A stretch of 20,000 bases of DNA from Picochlorum sp. SENEW3 (GCA_034226945.1 CP120457.1:1113346-1133345); one strand, 5' to 3'. Shown: positions 1 through 9,627, counted from the first letter of the stretch. Notes: generated by a model from the sequence alone, not told the origin. A program made the numbers and translations.

Positions 1-392
1 AGCTTGAGGCTCTGGCAAAGCCCCTCGCCGCCGACACCCAATCACATTGTCCAGAAATAGATCTAATTTTTGACACGCAAGGTCTCGAAACAGACTAGAC
101 CTCTCGAAAAGCGCTGTCCACAGCTCCAAAGCACAAAGCCGAATCTACAAGGACACAACAGGAAAGGGTACTCAGGCCACGCCCTCGGATCCAAAAGACT
201 TCCACGACCTCGTACCTGACTATTATTGGCTTGTAATCTGTCCAAAATAGCGTTAAAAAGCTTCCTAATGTTCCCCTGCGAGATCTTCCCCAGTCGTTTT
301 ACTGCCAGGATGTCCCTGTGCTCTACTTCTTCTCCAGGACACTTGTGCTCGGTTGCCCGCTGAACAAACTCCTTTATAGCATTCTCATTCAT
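1..392 (-). CDS. UVSSA: UV-stimulated scaffold protein A homolog (transcription-coupled NER), 5' part only; continues off the left edge
   Basis: Exons 392..216 and 144..<1; intron 215..145 (71 nt, GTACGA...TGTAG). Spliced product MNENAIKEFVQRATEH...LQANNSQ|IRLCALELWTALFERSSLFRDLACQKLDLFLDNVIGCRRRGALPEPQA matches the UVSSA N-terminal VHS-like pattern (SQvRyl...eLFxRSxxFRxl...l.l.iG....LPxP). The ORF track misses this because the intron shifts frame. Confidence 0.85.
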
Positions 393-649
393 TGGAAAAC
401 TGATTTGGGTGTGTCCAAGCAACCCATACCCCACGTATTTGAATGGGCGCATGTGGGTACCTTTTTTAAAAAAAAAATCGACGAATGACCGACTCGGAAT
501 GTCCGATGATCCGTGTGAACTCGGAGATGTTTAGGGAGAAAGCCTTTCGCTTTCGTGCATATCTTATTGTTCAATATCCGACAATATTCATACGTATGTG
601 TGAGAGTCGTGCGTTGCTGGTGATCGTTTGAAACTGTGTGCACACTGCC

Positions 650-1144
650 ATGTGTACCACACAACACAACACGGATAGGCATCCTCAATCTGGTAGAAAC
701 AAAGATAATTCCAATTTTCATGGGGGTCCAGAGACTCCATCTCCTCTGGGTATGCACTCCGTGCCCATCGCCAGGACGCCAGTGTTGGAAGGAGAGGTTT
801 GTGTCTCTGACAAGCGAGAAAGAGAACGAGAGGTTTTAGATGCCGCAAATCGATTGTGCGATTTCAATGTGCAACTTATGGCTCACATTGAGACATTACG
901 CTCGAGAATCCTTGAGTTGGAGGAGGAGAATTCCTCCCTGCGACAGAAAGTAGATGGGCAGTCCACACCCTCACAGGGAGATGAAAGCGTCATTCACCTG
1001 CTGCAGGTCGAAGTAGCCGATTTGGAAAGGCAGCTATATCATGCAAAGATTGCAAGAAAATCGGCAGAGGAGAATGAAGCTGCTGCAAGGGAGAGGGCTG
1101 ATATGATTTCTGCCATGTTTGAGCAATTCGTGACCAAGAATTGA
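650..1144 (+). CDS. Hypothetical coiled-coil protein (~164 aa)
   Basis: Open frame from ATG 650; heptad, E/R/L-rich helices (IETLRSRILELEEENSSLRQK; LQVEVADLERQLYHAK). Fits between flanking genes. Start and a possible intron (GTATGC at 750) are uncertain. Confidence 0.6.
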   Translation: MCTTQHNTDRHPQSGRNKDNSNFHGGPETPSPLGMHSVPIARTPVLEGEVCVSDKREREREVLDAANRLCDFNVQLMAHIETLRSRILELEEENSSLRQKVDGQSTPSQGDESVIHLLQVEVADLERQLYHAKIARKSAEENEAAARERADMISAMFEQFVTKN

Positions 1145-1167
1145 TTTTTAAACTTACAAATGAAAAA

Positions 1168-1878
1168 CTAAAAATTCATTTTCCTGGGCACCGATCCCCC
1201 GTGATGAAGAACAAGTTTCCAGTCTCCCTTCTGTTTCTCGAAAATATTTGTGGCGACCACCCTTCCCCTGCTTTCCTCAGTGTCCACAACCTCCACAACA
1301 GTCACAATCCCCTGGGTGTCTGTGGCGTATATTCTCACATCTTCTAGCTCGATATCCATCCTCTGAGACGAAGCTAAGATGAGTTTCCAGCTTGCTAGAA
1401 CGTCCTCTCGTCCTGCAATACATTCTGCAGCGGGGTGAATGCACTGCACGTGTGCCCCAGACCCCCAAATCTTCGCCATGGCGACATAGTTACCCCCCCT
1501 AAAAGCGTCGTAGAATGCGTCGTTCGCCTCTTCCACAGCCAAACGGTTGTCATCCCGCCTTTTCCTACAGAAACACGGCAATTTGCTCGCTGAAGCACGA
1601 GGGAGTCGATCAAAATCATGAACAGACAGGACGTACTGTATCTCATCCCTGAGAGAGGCAGCCAACTCGTACTCTTCTCTGTCTATGGCACTATCCAAAT
1701 CCTCCACTAATCGTTGGAGAGTCCTTGGATCATCGTTCCCAGATGCATGCGCCACCATGGACGCCCTTTTGGGCGATGCCCGTCCTCCTCTCGGCCTTGC
1801 AGTGAGGATGCAGTGCTGCCCACCCCTGCATCCCACCACACCGCCTCCCCGATTGTTGGATTGATAAAGTACATTCAT
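1168..1878 (-). CDS. UVR (UvrB/C motif) + SnoaL-like/NTF2 domain protein, probably plastid-targeted (~212 aa spliced)
   Basis: R/A/S-rich acid-poor N-terminus; UVR motif LVEDLDSAIDREEYELAASLRDEI; SnoaL_3-type ANDAFYDAF...MAKIW...CIHP...GREDVLASW...ATNIFEK...WKLVLHH. Likely intron 1636..1565 (72 nt, GTACGT...TGTAG) giving IQ|KRRDD. Confidence 0.85.
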   Translation of the reverse strand: MNVLYQSNNRGGGVVGCRGGQHCILTARPRGGRASPKRASMVAHASGNDDPRTLQRLVEDLDSAIDREEYELAASLRDEIQYVLSVHDFDRLPRASASKLPCFCRKRRDDNRLAVEEANDAFYDAFRGGNYVAMAKIWGSGAHVQCIHPAAECIAGREDVLASWKLILASSQRMDIELEDVRIYATDTQGIVTVVEVVDTEESRGRVVATNIFEKQKGDWKLVLHHGGSVPRKMNF

Positions 1879-2038
1879 ATTTATTTTATATTACGCACCA
1901 GTACTCCGAAAGGGGATGATGCAAGCAGAAAAGGACAAGGCCAGCGTCCTTTTTTTTTAAGGAGGACCGCGGATCCACCCTGCACAAAAGACCCGCCATG
2001 ACTTCGATGTTGCCAGATTGATATTAAATTTCCCCATC

Positions 2039-3502
2039 ATGGCATCTAGTATCTTGAAAAGGCGGGATATATGCAACGCACTCGGGTGGAGTGCCTGTAG
2101 AACGAGAGCATTTTCGACCTACACGCTGTCGAGTGTCGTGGATCACCTTCCTCAAGCTGTAGCCAAATTTCACGTACGATCCTCGGCTGTATATCTTTAA
2201 TTGATTACTAGTAACAATGTACTCGTATGGGTTCAGGACATTGTGGCAGACAGAGCTTCTGGGTGCTATGTTTGGGACACCTCTGGTAGAAAGTTGATGG
2301 ACTTGACAAGCGGCATTGGTGTCACTTCCACGGGCCATTCGCACCCAAAAGTGATTGAAGCGATTCATAATCAGGCAAATAGGATCATATTTGCCCAGCA
2401 GAATATCCTGCCTGCGACAGAGGCTTCGATCAACCTCATCAACCACCTCAAAGGCATCATGCCTTCTACCCTCAGCAGATTCTTCTTCTGTAATAGCGGT
2501 TCAGAAGCAGTAGACAATGCCATCAAAGTGGCTCGATCCTACACTGGAAAGCAAAATATTATATGCATGCAAGGTGGCTACCATGGGCGCACGTATGGCG
2601 CAATGTCCATCACGACGTCAAAAACGGTGTATCGGCAAACATTTGGGCCCCTGCCCAGTGGGATTGCTGTGGCCAGTTATCCGTACTGCTTGCACTGTCC
2701 GACTCGGAAGGCAGCCGGAGGTATGGGCTTTTCTGTTTCTCCGTGTGTGGAGGGTGTGGGGAAATCATTCTCAGAGAGGCAATGCTGCGGATCACCACTC
2801 GAGCAGCTGGAATTGTTGTTGAAAACACAGTCTCACCCAAGTGAGACTGCTGCGATCATCATCGAGCCTATCCTGGGAGAGGGAGGGTTCCTAGTCCCTC
2901 CAAGTGGATATCTAGATGAGCTCAGGAGAATCTGTGACCAGAACAACATGCTGCTCATATTTGATGAGGTGCAATCTGGTGTGGCCCGTACTGGAGAATG
3001 GTGGGGACACCAGACTCTCACAAAGGTGCAACCAGACATTATGATATTTGCAAAAGGAATAGCCAGTGGATTCCCCTTCGCAGGCTTGGCAGCGAGGGAC
3101 GACATGTTCTCTAAGATGACGCCAGGCATGATGGGCGGAACGTATGGGGGCAGTGCCCTTGGGTGCGCTGCTGCTGTTGGCACACTTGAAGCCATCATGG
3201 AGGAAAATATGATGGCTAATGCCAAAGCCAGAGGGTCACAGATGATGAATGCGCTGGTCAAACTCGCCGATACATACCCAATCCTTGAGGTCAGAGGCAG
3301 GGGACTGATGATTGCTGTTGAGTTTGACGGCCCGCCAGGAACAGCTGCCAAAGTGGTACAAGAAGGGTTCGATGAAGATTTAATTCTCATCACCGCTGGC
3401 ATCAGAGAGACTGTGAGGCTCTTACCACCGCTGGTGATCACTGAGGAAGACGTCCATTTTGCCATGGGTGCTTTGGATAGAGCACTCTCTCGAGTTTTTT
3501 GA
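2039..3502 (+). CDS. Class III PLP aminotransferase, bacterial GabT-like (probable 4-aminobutyrate aminotransferase), ~466 aa with mitochondrial-type presequence
   Basis: Exons 2039..2173 and 2237..3502; intron 2174..2236 (63 nt, GTACGA...TTCAG, contains an in-frame stop). Motifs GIGVTSTGHSHP, NSGSEAV, YHGRT, EPILGEGG, DEVQSG, FAKGIASG (PLP Lys), GGTYGG, VRGRGLM, VRLLPPL. N-terminus MASSILKRR...RTRAFST. Family is secure; substrate is inferred. Confidence 0.85.
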
Positions 3503-3663
3503 TTTGTTCAATCCTCCCTGTTTTTATTTTATTTTCGGTGCCATGTGAGTAAGCTCCTACCACTCTGCGTTTGTTGCACTGTTATGTCATGTATATCTGG
3601 AGCAGTACAACTTGTCTCTGTTGTGAGACAAGAATTCTTGCCAATCAATCCGCGTCCCACGAT

Positions 3664-3692
3664 GGTGGGTACCCACCGGATGACCGGTCATC
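3664..3692. promoter_or_regulatory. Two adjacent perfect 14-bp palindromes upstream of GAD
   Basis: GGTGGGTACCCACC (3664..3677) and GATGACCGGTCATC (3679..3692), 1 nt apart, ending 81 bp before the GAD ATG. The palindromes are directly visible; the regulatory role is inferred. Confidence 0.45.
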
Positions 3693-3773
3693 AACCCTAC
3701 CCTCAACCGCTTTCATGCATACGATATTCCTTCAGAATTTAACAGTTCCATTGCACAAAAACAGAATCAGACA

Positions 3774-5294
3774 ATGTTTAAAGAGTCTCAATCAACCAAG
3801 GACGTGTCCCACCTCCAGGGCCGGGATCGTGATGACGTTGTGGACTGCACGTTTGCATCGAGGTATATGAGCGAACCCATTCCAAAATCTGTCATGCCAG
3901 AGTCCAGTATTCCAGCAAATGTGGTTCACCAGGTGATCAAGGACTTGCGCACGCTGGACGCAAGGCCAAATCTTAACCTCGCATCTTTTGTGACAACTTG
4001 GATGGAGCCCCAGGCTCAAGAATTGATCATGGATTCTCTGAATATCAACTTTGTTGATACTGATGAGTACCCATCGTGCCAAGAGATTTCCAACAGGTGC
4101 GTGGCCATGCTTGCCCAGCTCTTCCACTCTCCTTCTGTGGATGCTTTGGGGAATGGAGACGCAGTCGGAGCCCCAACTGTTGGCTCCAGTGAGGCAATCA
4201 TGCTTTCCGGACTTGCCATGAAAAAGAGGTGGCAGGAGAGACGCGCTGCGGAGAACTTGGACACCACCAAGCCAAACTTGGTCATGGGAAACCAGACCCA
4301 TGTGTGCTGGGAAAAGTTCTGCAGATACTGGGATGTGGAGGCTAGGTACGTCCAGGTCGAGGAAGGTCGCTACTGTGCTACTCCAGAACTCATTGCTGCT
4401 CGATGCGATGAGAACACCATTGGGGTCGTGTCTGTATTCGGTTCCACCTACACCGGTGAGTTTGAAGACACTGAAGCCCTCGATGCCATGGTGACAAAGA
4501 TGAACAAGGAGAATGGCTGGAACATCGTCATCCACGTAGACGGAGCATCCGGTGCCATGGTCGCCCCATTTGTGTATCCAGATGTCAAGTTTGACTTCCG
4601 GTTGGATAATGTTGCCTCCATCAACATTTCAGGACACAAGTACGGCTTGGTTTATCCAGGGCTGGGGTGGGCCATCTGGAGGGATGCAGAAGCTCTCCCT
4701 GAATCGATGGTGTTCTACTGCGATTACTTGGGTACGGTTGAACGCTCCATCACTTTGAATTTCTCGAGGGGAGCAAGTCAGATCATCGCTCAGTATTATC
4801 AGTTGCTGCGTTTGGGACGCGAAGGGTACAGAAAAATCATGATCAACTTGACAAGCATTGCCAGGCATATCAAGAAAGCCATCGAGAAGACGGGGCATTT
4901 CGAAATTTTGTCCCAAGATGTTGGCGTTCCGCTGGTTGCTTTCCGTTTGAACAAGATCAAGGGCAACCATGGAGGGGAGCACAGGAGACTGTACGACGAG
5001 TTCCAGCTTGCCGACAGGATGAGGATTGCGGGTTGGGTTCTCCCCGCGTATAAAATGCCAGAGGGAGCAGAGCATGTCAAGCTGATGCGCATCACGATCA
5101 GAGAGGATTTCTCCATGACCATGGCGGATCAAGTCATCCAGAAGCTCAACGAGTCTGTGGAATGGCTGGACAACCACTTCACCATCTCCAAGGACGAGTT
5201 GAATGACTTGGCCACCCAAGCCCTTGGCAAGCAATTCAGCAGAATGGACTCAAAAGTGCTGAGAACCGTCTCAGGTTTGCTCAGGCCTTGTTAA
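3774..5294 (+). CDS. GAD: Glutamate decarboxylase (506 aa, intronless)
   Basis: NLASFVTTWME, DEYP, TVGSSEAIML, CWEKF, HVDGASG, SGHKYGLVYPG (PLP Lys), LNFSRGASQIIAQYY, GWVLPAY. Confidence 0.97.
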   Translation: MFKESQSTKDVSHLQGRDRDDVVDCTFASRYMSEPIPKSVMPESSIPANVVHQVIKDLRTLDARPNLNLASFVTTWMEPQAQELIMDSLNINFVDTDEYPSCQEISNRCVAMLAQLFHSPSVDALGNGDAVGAPTVGSSEAIMLSGLAMKKRWQERRAAENLDTTKPNLVMGNQTHVCWEKFCRYWDVEARYVQVEEGRYCATPELIAARCDENTIGVVSVFGSTYTGEFEDTEALDAMVTKMNKENGWNIVIHVDGASGAMVAPFVYPDVKFDFRLDNVASINISGHKYGLVYPGLGWAIWRDAEALPESMVFYCDYLGTVERSITLNFSRGASQIIAQYYQLLRLGREGYRKIMINLTSIARHIKKAIEKTGHFEILSQDVGVPLVAFRLNKIKGNHGGEHRRLYDEFQLADRMRIAGWVLPAYKMPEGAEHVKLMRITIREDFSMTMADQVIQKLNESVEWLDNHFTISKDELNDLATQALGKQFSRMDSKVLRTVSGLLRPC

Positions 5295-5509
5295 ATACAT
5301 GTATGTCTTTGCATTTGTCTTCTTTTTTGGCAACATTCGGAAGTTGACTCCTTGTCGGATTTTGAGATGATGTTTATTATTATGCATTTAAAAAATAAAG
5401 ACATCAGGTATTGATATTGCACTATTTTAGAGGCTCAATCGTTCGAAAGGTTGTCGGAGGATGAGCGCAACCGGAGACAGAGAGAGATTGTGACCCTGAG
5501 AACAAAGAT

Positions 5510-8500
5510 ATGGCACCAAGTAGAGCTGTTTCTCAGTCCATATGGCTCAAAGTGGATCCTAAAAACGACGACTTCGCAGTGGGGTACGATTCCGATGCTT
5601 GTACAACTTTTCTTAGTCGTGAGTATGGCTGAATGACTCTCTCTTCGTCCGTTTCTTTCTGCAGTCGCACTGAGATTTGCTTCGATGTTAGATCAAACGC
5701 AATTGAGGATATTGATTTGCATTGCCATGGGATACACGTGGATTCGGTGGCAGTGGAAGGTGAGGAGACTACATGTTCATGGAGCAGTCCTGCTGGTGGG
5801 ACGACGGAGGGAGACCTGGAGGCAGCGTACAAGTCGGTGTGTGAGTCTTGGCTCGAGCCGAATATGAGGATTGCTGTTCCACCACGCGCACGAGATAAGT
5901 TTACGCTCGCGGCGGACGGTACAGGCGACAAGGCAGGCACTCTGACACTGACAGTGGCATATCGGGTTGCTCTTGGTGAGTCTGTCGGCCTTCTGCGGCA
6001 CAAAGGGTACATCACCACTAACGATTCGGTGGGTAGTACTTCCGCATGGGTGCCATGCGTCGATAGCCCTGGGCACCTTTTGCAACAAGTGGACCTGCAC
6101 TTTGTGGTTCCGTCAGATCACATTCCGGTTTCCTCTGGGGAGCTGAAGACTGTGCACAAGTCGGAGCGTCGCAAAATTTGGAAGATGTATCACTATGTGA
6201 TGCCTTACGAATGCTCCCTGTGCGATGTTGGTTTTGTTGTGGGACCTTTTAGAGTTGAGGCAACGGCCCAGGTGGCCTCTTCTGAGACCAATCAAGAGCT
6301 CACTTTGAACCAATTCGTCCCTCAGGACGAGGAGGCGGATGTCATGAACATGTCCTCCTTCATGCGAATACCACTGGAGCTGTATGGCGATGTGACTGGT
6401 GGGGTGTTGCCAACACCCATGTTGAATGTTGCTTTTGTACCTCATGGTGTCCTGCCCGCCGAGATGGTGTCTGGCATTGGATTTCTGGCAGTTTCCATAG
6501 ATTGCATTGTTGACAAAAGTTACATTGAAGGCTCTCAAAGGGTAAAGTGTGACGTATCGCATGCCCTGGCAAAACAGTGGTTTGGATATCTGGTGAGGCC
6601 TCTCACATTCAACGATCTTTGGCTCGTATGTGGCTTGCAGCATTGGCTGGCGGATCAATTCATACGGTCTTACATCGGCAAAACGGATTGGTTCTATAAG
6701 AGGTGGCAACGACACGTGGCAGTGGCCGGGATGGACAATGGAGAACCTCCACCCTTGGCATTTCACGGATGGAGACAAGATGGTTGCTCATGGGGTGTGT
6801 TTTATGGCACAGAACGGTCAGATCCATCTCTTTTTTTCTCCATGAAATCGGCTGCCGTCCTGGCCATGATAGAAAATCGCTCTGGAGAACAGCTCTTCAA
6901 GAAACAGGTAGAAAATACTGTCAGGTGTGGCACTGCAGCTGCTCCGTCCTCACATGACTCGGTGAGCCATCCAAGCAGGACGGTAGATGCTAAATTATTC
7001 TTGACAGAGCTTAGCAAAGCTGGGGACTTCCGGGCTGAAGTGCTTCCTTTCATGGAGCGATGGGTTTTTGGCTCTGGGGCTCCTTGTATATCTCTGGGAG
7101 TGCAGTTCCACAGGAGGGGCTGTCTGCTGGACGTTGGCCTAAAGCAGGTAGGCTCAGAGGCAGCTTTCAGAGCTTCTATGGCGGCAGAAATGGAGGCGAA
7201 GAAAGAGAAAATGGGCATCTCGGGGATCATTAAAGTAGCTGTCCAGGAAGGGTCAGGTGTCAAGGTCGACCACCCCCTGCATTTGGGAGCCAAAGGGTAT
7301 CTGGCCCAGACAGTAAAGGTGAATCCAGAGGTGAAAAAGATTGCTGGAAAGAGAGGGAGGAAAAAGAAATCTGAGGAGGCTCTTGTTGCAGCAAAGCAAG
7401 CAGCCTTGCAAAATGCTCAACACCCAGTGCAATATGTTCGCCTGGATTCCACAAGCGAGTTTTTGTGTCTGAAAATAGTCCATCAGCCCACTCGTATGAT
7501 GGTCAACAAACTAGTAAACTCTCGAGATGTCGTGGCACAAGCTGAAGCTGTGAGGGAGCTAGCTCATACTCCGGTGAGCACACTGGATCCCAAGCCACTG
7601 GAGAGCCTGACAAATGCTCTGGAAGATGAAAACATGCATTGGGTCATACGATGCGAGGCTGCAATAGGACTCAGTCAGCTTGTGTACGAGGATGGAAACC
7701 CAGCAGGTGCGCTGCAATGATTCACACACTGCTCTGATTTGAAATGAACCAGAGTGGCTCCTAATTTTTTTTTGTATCGCGCTCGTATTGCAGGGATCAA
7801 TTCATTGATTGGGTTCTATAAGAAAAGGTTCTGGGATGACCAGGAGAATACACCCGTGCGAATAAGTTTTGCCAACATTGAAGAATATTTGGTGACCAAG
7901 GCGGCCATCGTGGCTCTTTCTCAGTGCACATCTTCGAATGGATTTACCGATTTTGACGCTATTTCCTTTTTATTAGAGTCTATAGATGGCTTTTGGCCGC
8001 AAGAAACGGATATTGATTGGAGGCCCTTGTTGGCAACGCTCTTGCAAGCACTTGGGGACCTTCGTTGTGATAATAACGAAGCAGCCCTTGTGGATCTGGT
8101 CACGAGAAGGCTGTTTCAGACGCTTTCTGAGTACCTGAAGAAGCATATGGTGTTGGATTCTACAAATTACTGCGTTGCAGAGTCTTGCCTGTTGGGTCTT
8201 GTGTCCTTGACTTGCAACGACATGTGTCCACGAGAGATTGTGCAAGGGTACGATACATTGTTGCCACCCATGGATTGTTTTCCCTTATATATATCACCAA
8301 TGAAGATGAAATCATTGTCGTTCTATAATATTGTAGGGTCTTCAAGATATTGGTGGAATTCTGCAACAGGAGGGACTTGCCTCCAAAAGTCTCCATGGCT
8401 AGCTTCAGGGCAGCAGCTCGGTTCAGAGCCACCTGGCAGGGATATGAACGTACATTTTTGTGGTGTTTGGCGTTATTGGACTCCCAGGATCGCCTTGGCG

Positions 8501-8949
8501 CGGAGTGTATCCGAATCGCATGGAAAGAGCTTGCAATCTCCTTGCGACCAGCTACAGTGTCTCTTCAATTGCTTCACAAAGTCAGGGATGCACTCGTAGA
8601 TACGCGTTTTGACGCTCATATCAGGCATCTGATATTTGTGGCATCTTGTGCTCTGACCGGCAGCAGCATATACGTCTCAGAGACCTATGCTGATGCCAAG
8701 CCAAGCCTGATCAAACTGAATGCGCCAATTGAGACACAGCAGAAGGAAGACTCCCTCAAAAATAGTAGAGACGAGGTAATGATTGAAGCACAAGATGCCC
8801 AGCAGCAGCCATCACCTCCTCCGTCATCCTTGGAAGTCCAAGCACCACCACCTCCTCCGTCATCCATGGAAGCCCAAGTTCCCGCACCTGCAGCGGAACA
8901 TCCACAGAAACCGAAGAAATTGAAGCTTAAGCTGGCCAAACCTGTCTAA
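5510..8949 (+). CDS. TAF2: Transcription initiation factor TFIID subunit 2 (inactive M1 aminopeptidase fold), ~1060 aa
   Basis: Exons 5510..5583, 5665..7706, 7794..8247, 8337..8949; introns 81, 87 and 89 nt (GTACGA/GTGCGC/GTACGA ... YAG), all frame-compatible. Motifs GRTEI, WVPCVD, HALAKQWFG (degenerate HEXXH), DLWL..GL, WVFGSG.P, YVRLD..EFL, SRDVVAQAEAV, W.IRCEAA; basic NLS-like KRGRKKK and KPKKLKLK. Confidence 0.92.
8809..8880 (+). repeat. 36-bp coding tandem duplication in the TAF2 tail
   Basis: ccatcacctcctccgtcatccttggaagtccaagca / ccaccacctcctccgtcatccatggaagcccaagtt encoding PSPPPSSLEVQA / PPPPPSSMEAQV. Confidence 0.85.
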
Positions 8950-8979
8950 TTATATTATTTTAACCCCAGTAAATAAAGA

Positions 8980-9627
8980 ATGAGGAGCGTGCAAGGAGAG
9001 TTCTCTTGGCCCGAGAGAGAAGACGCGAAAGGGAACGATGTGGCGGGGTACCACAGGTTCTGGCGGAAGTCGTCGCGATCGAGCGAACCTCACGAATGGG
9101 AACCATTTATAGACTCCATATCAGTCGCCTTTGGAGAAGATCCCTTGAAAACGGCCATCGAGAAGGCGAAAGATGCAGGCGTGAACAAGAATCTCAAAAC
9201 CATTCCAGCCTTGTATGAGTATGCCGTCGTTCATCGCGACCGCCCGAAAAAAAAGGTAAAAGTATATCTTGGGAAAGCGTCAAACTTTCAGGTGAATCAA
9301 GACGATATGTTGCTCGAAAGCAGTGACGTGGCAAAGGAGATGTGGAAATTCTTCCGGCTAGCAACGCAGCACAATTGCTCCATCATGCGAAGGTATTGTT
9401 ATTACACAGATTCCAAGATGGGAACTGGGAGAGAGAGGAAGATTGATCCACAATGCTTGCTCGATAGGGCCGAGTCTCGGTTTTTATCGGCGTTCGATTA
9501 TCCCTGGAACAGGCAGCCTGGTTCTGACGAACGGGGAATCTACCTGACTCCCCACAATGCGCTATGTTGCATCCCGGCGGGGGTGGATGTCATCAGGATT
9601 CACCCATCAATGATCCAGTACTCGTGA
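8980..9627 (+). CDS. GIY-YIG-like domain protein resembling plant EFFECTOR OF TRANSCRIPTION (ET/HRT), 215 aa
   Basis: Ordered motifs PALYEYAV, VYLGKASN, CSIMRRY, AESRFLSAFDYPWN...DER parallel the ET pattern PGLYELGV, YLGQAES, SILYRW, EGMLLSTFDYAWN...ERR (recalled from memory). Confidence 0.7.
   Translation: MRSVQGEFSWPEREDAKGNDVAGYHRFWRKSSRSSEPHEWEPFIDSISVAFGEDPLKTAIEKAKDAGVNKNLKTIPALYEYAVVHRDRPKKKVKVYLGKASNFQVNQDDMLLESSDVAKEMWKFFRLATQHNCSIMRRYCYYTDSKMGTGRERKIDPQCLLDRAESRFLSAFDYPWNRQPGSDERGIYLTPHNALCCIPAGVDVIRIHPSMIQYS

Noticed and set aside
1929..1965. Terminator-like hairpin (AAAAGGAC/GTCCTTTT plus T run) followed by Shine-Dalgarno-like TAAGGAGG upstream of the bacterial-type aminotransferase
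   Set aside because: Eukaryotic spliced gene with no start codon at SD spacing; more plausibly a poly(dT) tract in a bidirectional promoter.
5633..7720. Active M1 aminopeptidase
   Set aside because: The zinc motif is degenerate (HALAK, no downstream Glu) and the C-terminal motifs match TAF2.
1..9627. DNA-repair cluster (UVSSA, UVR-motif protein, GIY-YIG protein)
   Set aside because: The UVR motif is a generic interaction module on a likely plastid protein, and the genes are separated by unrelated ones.
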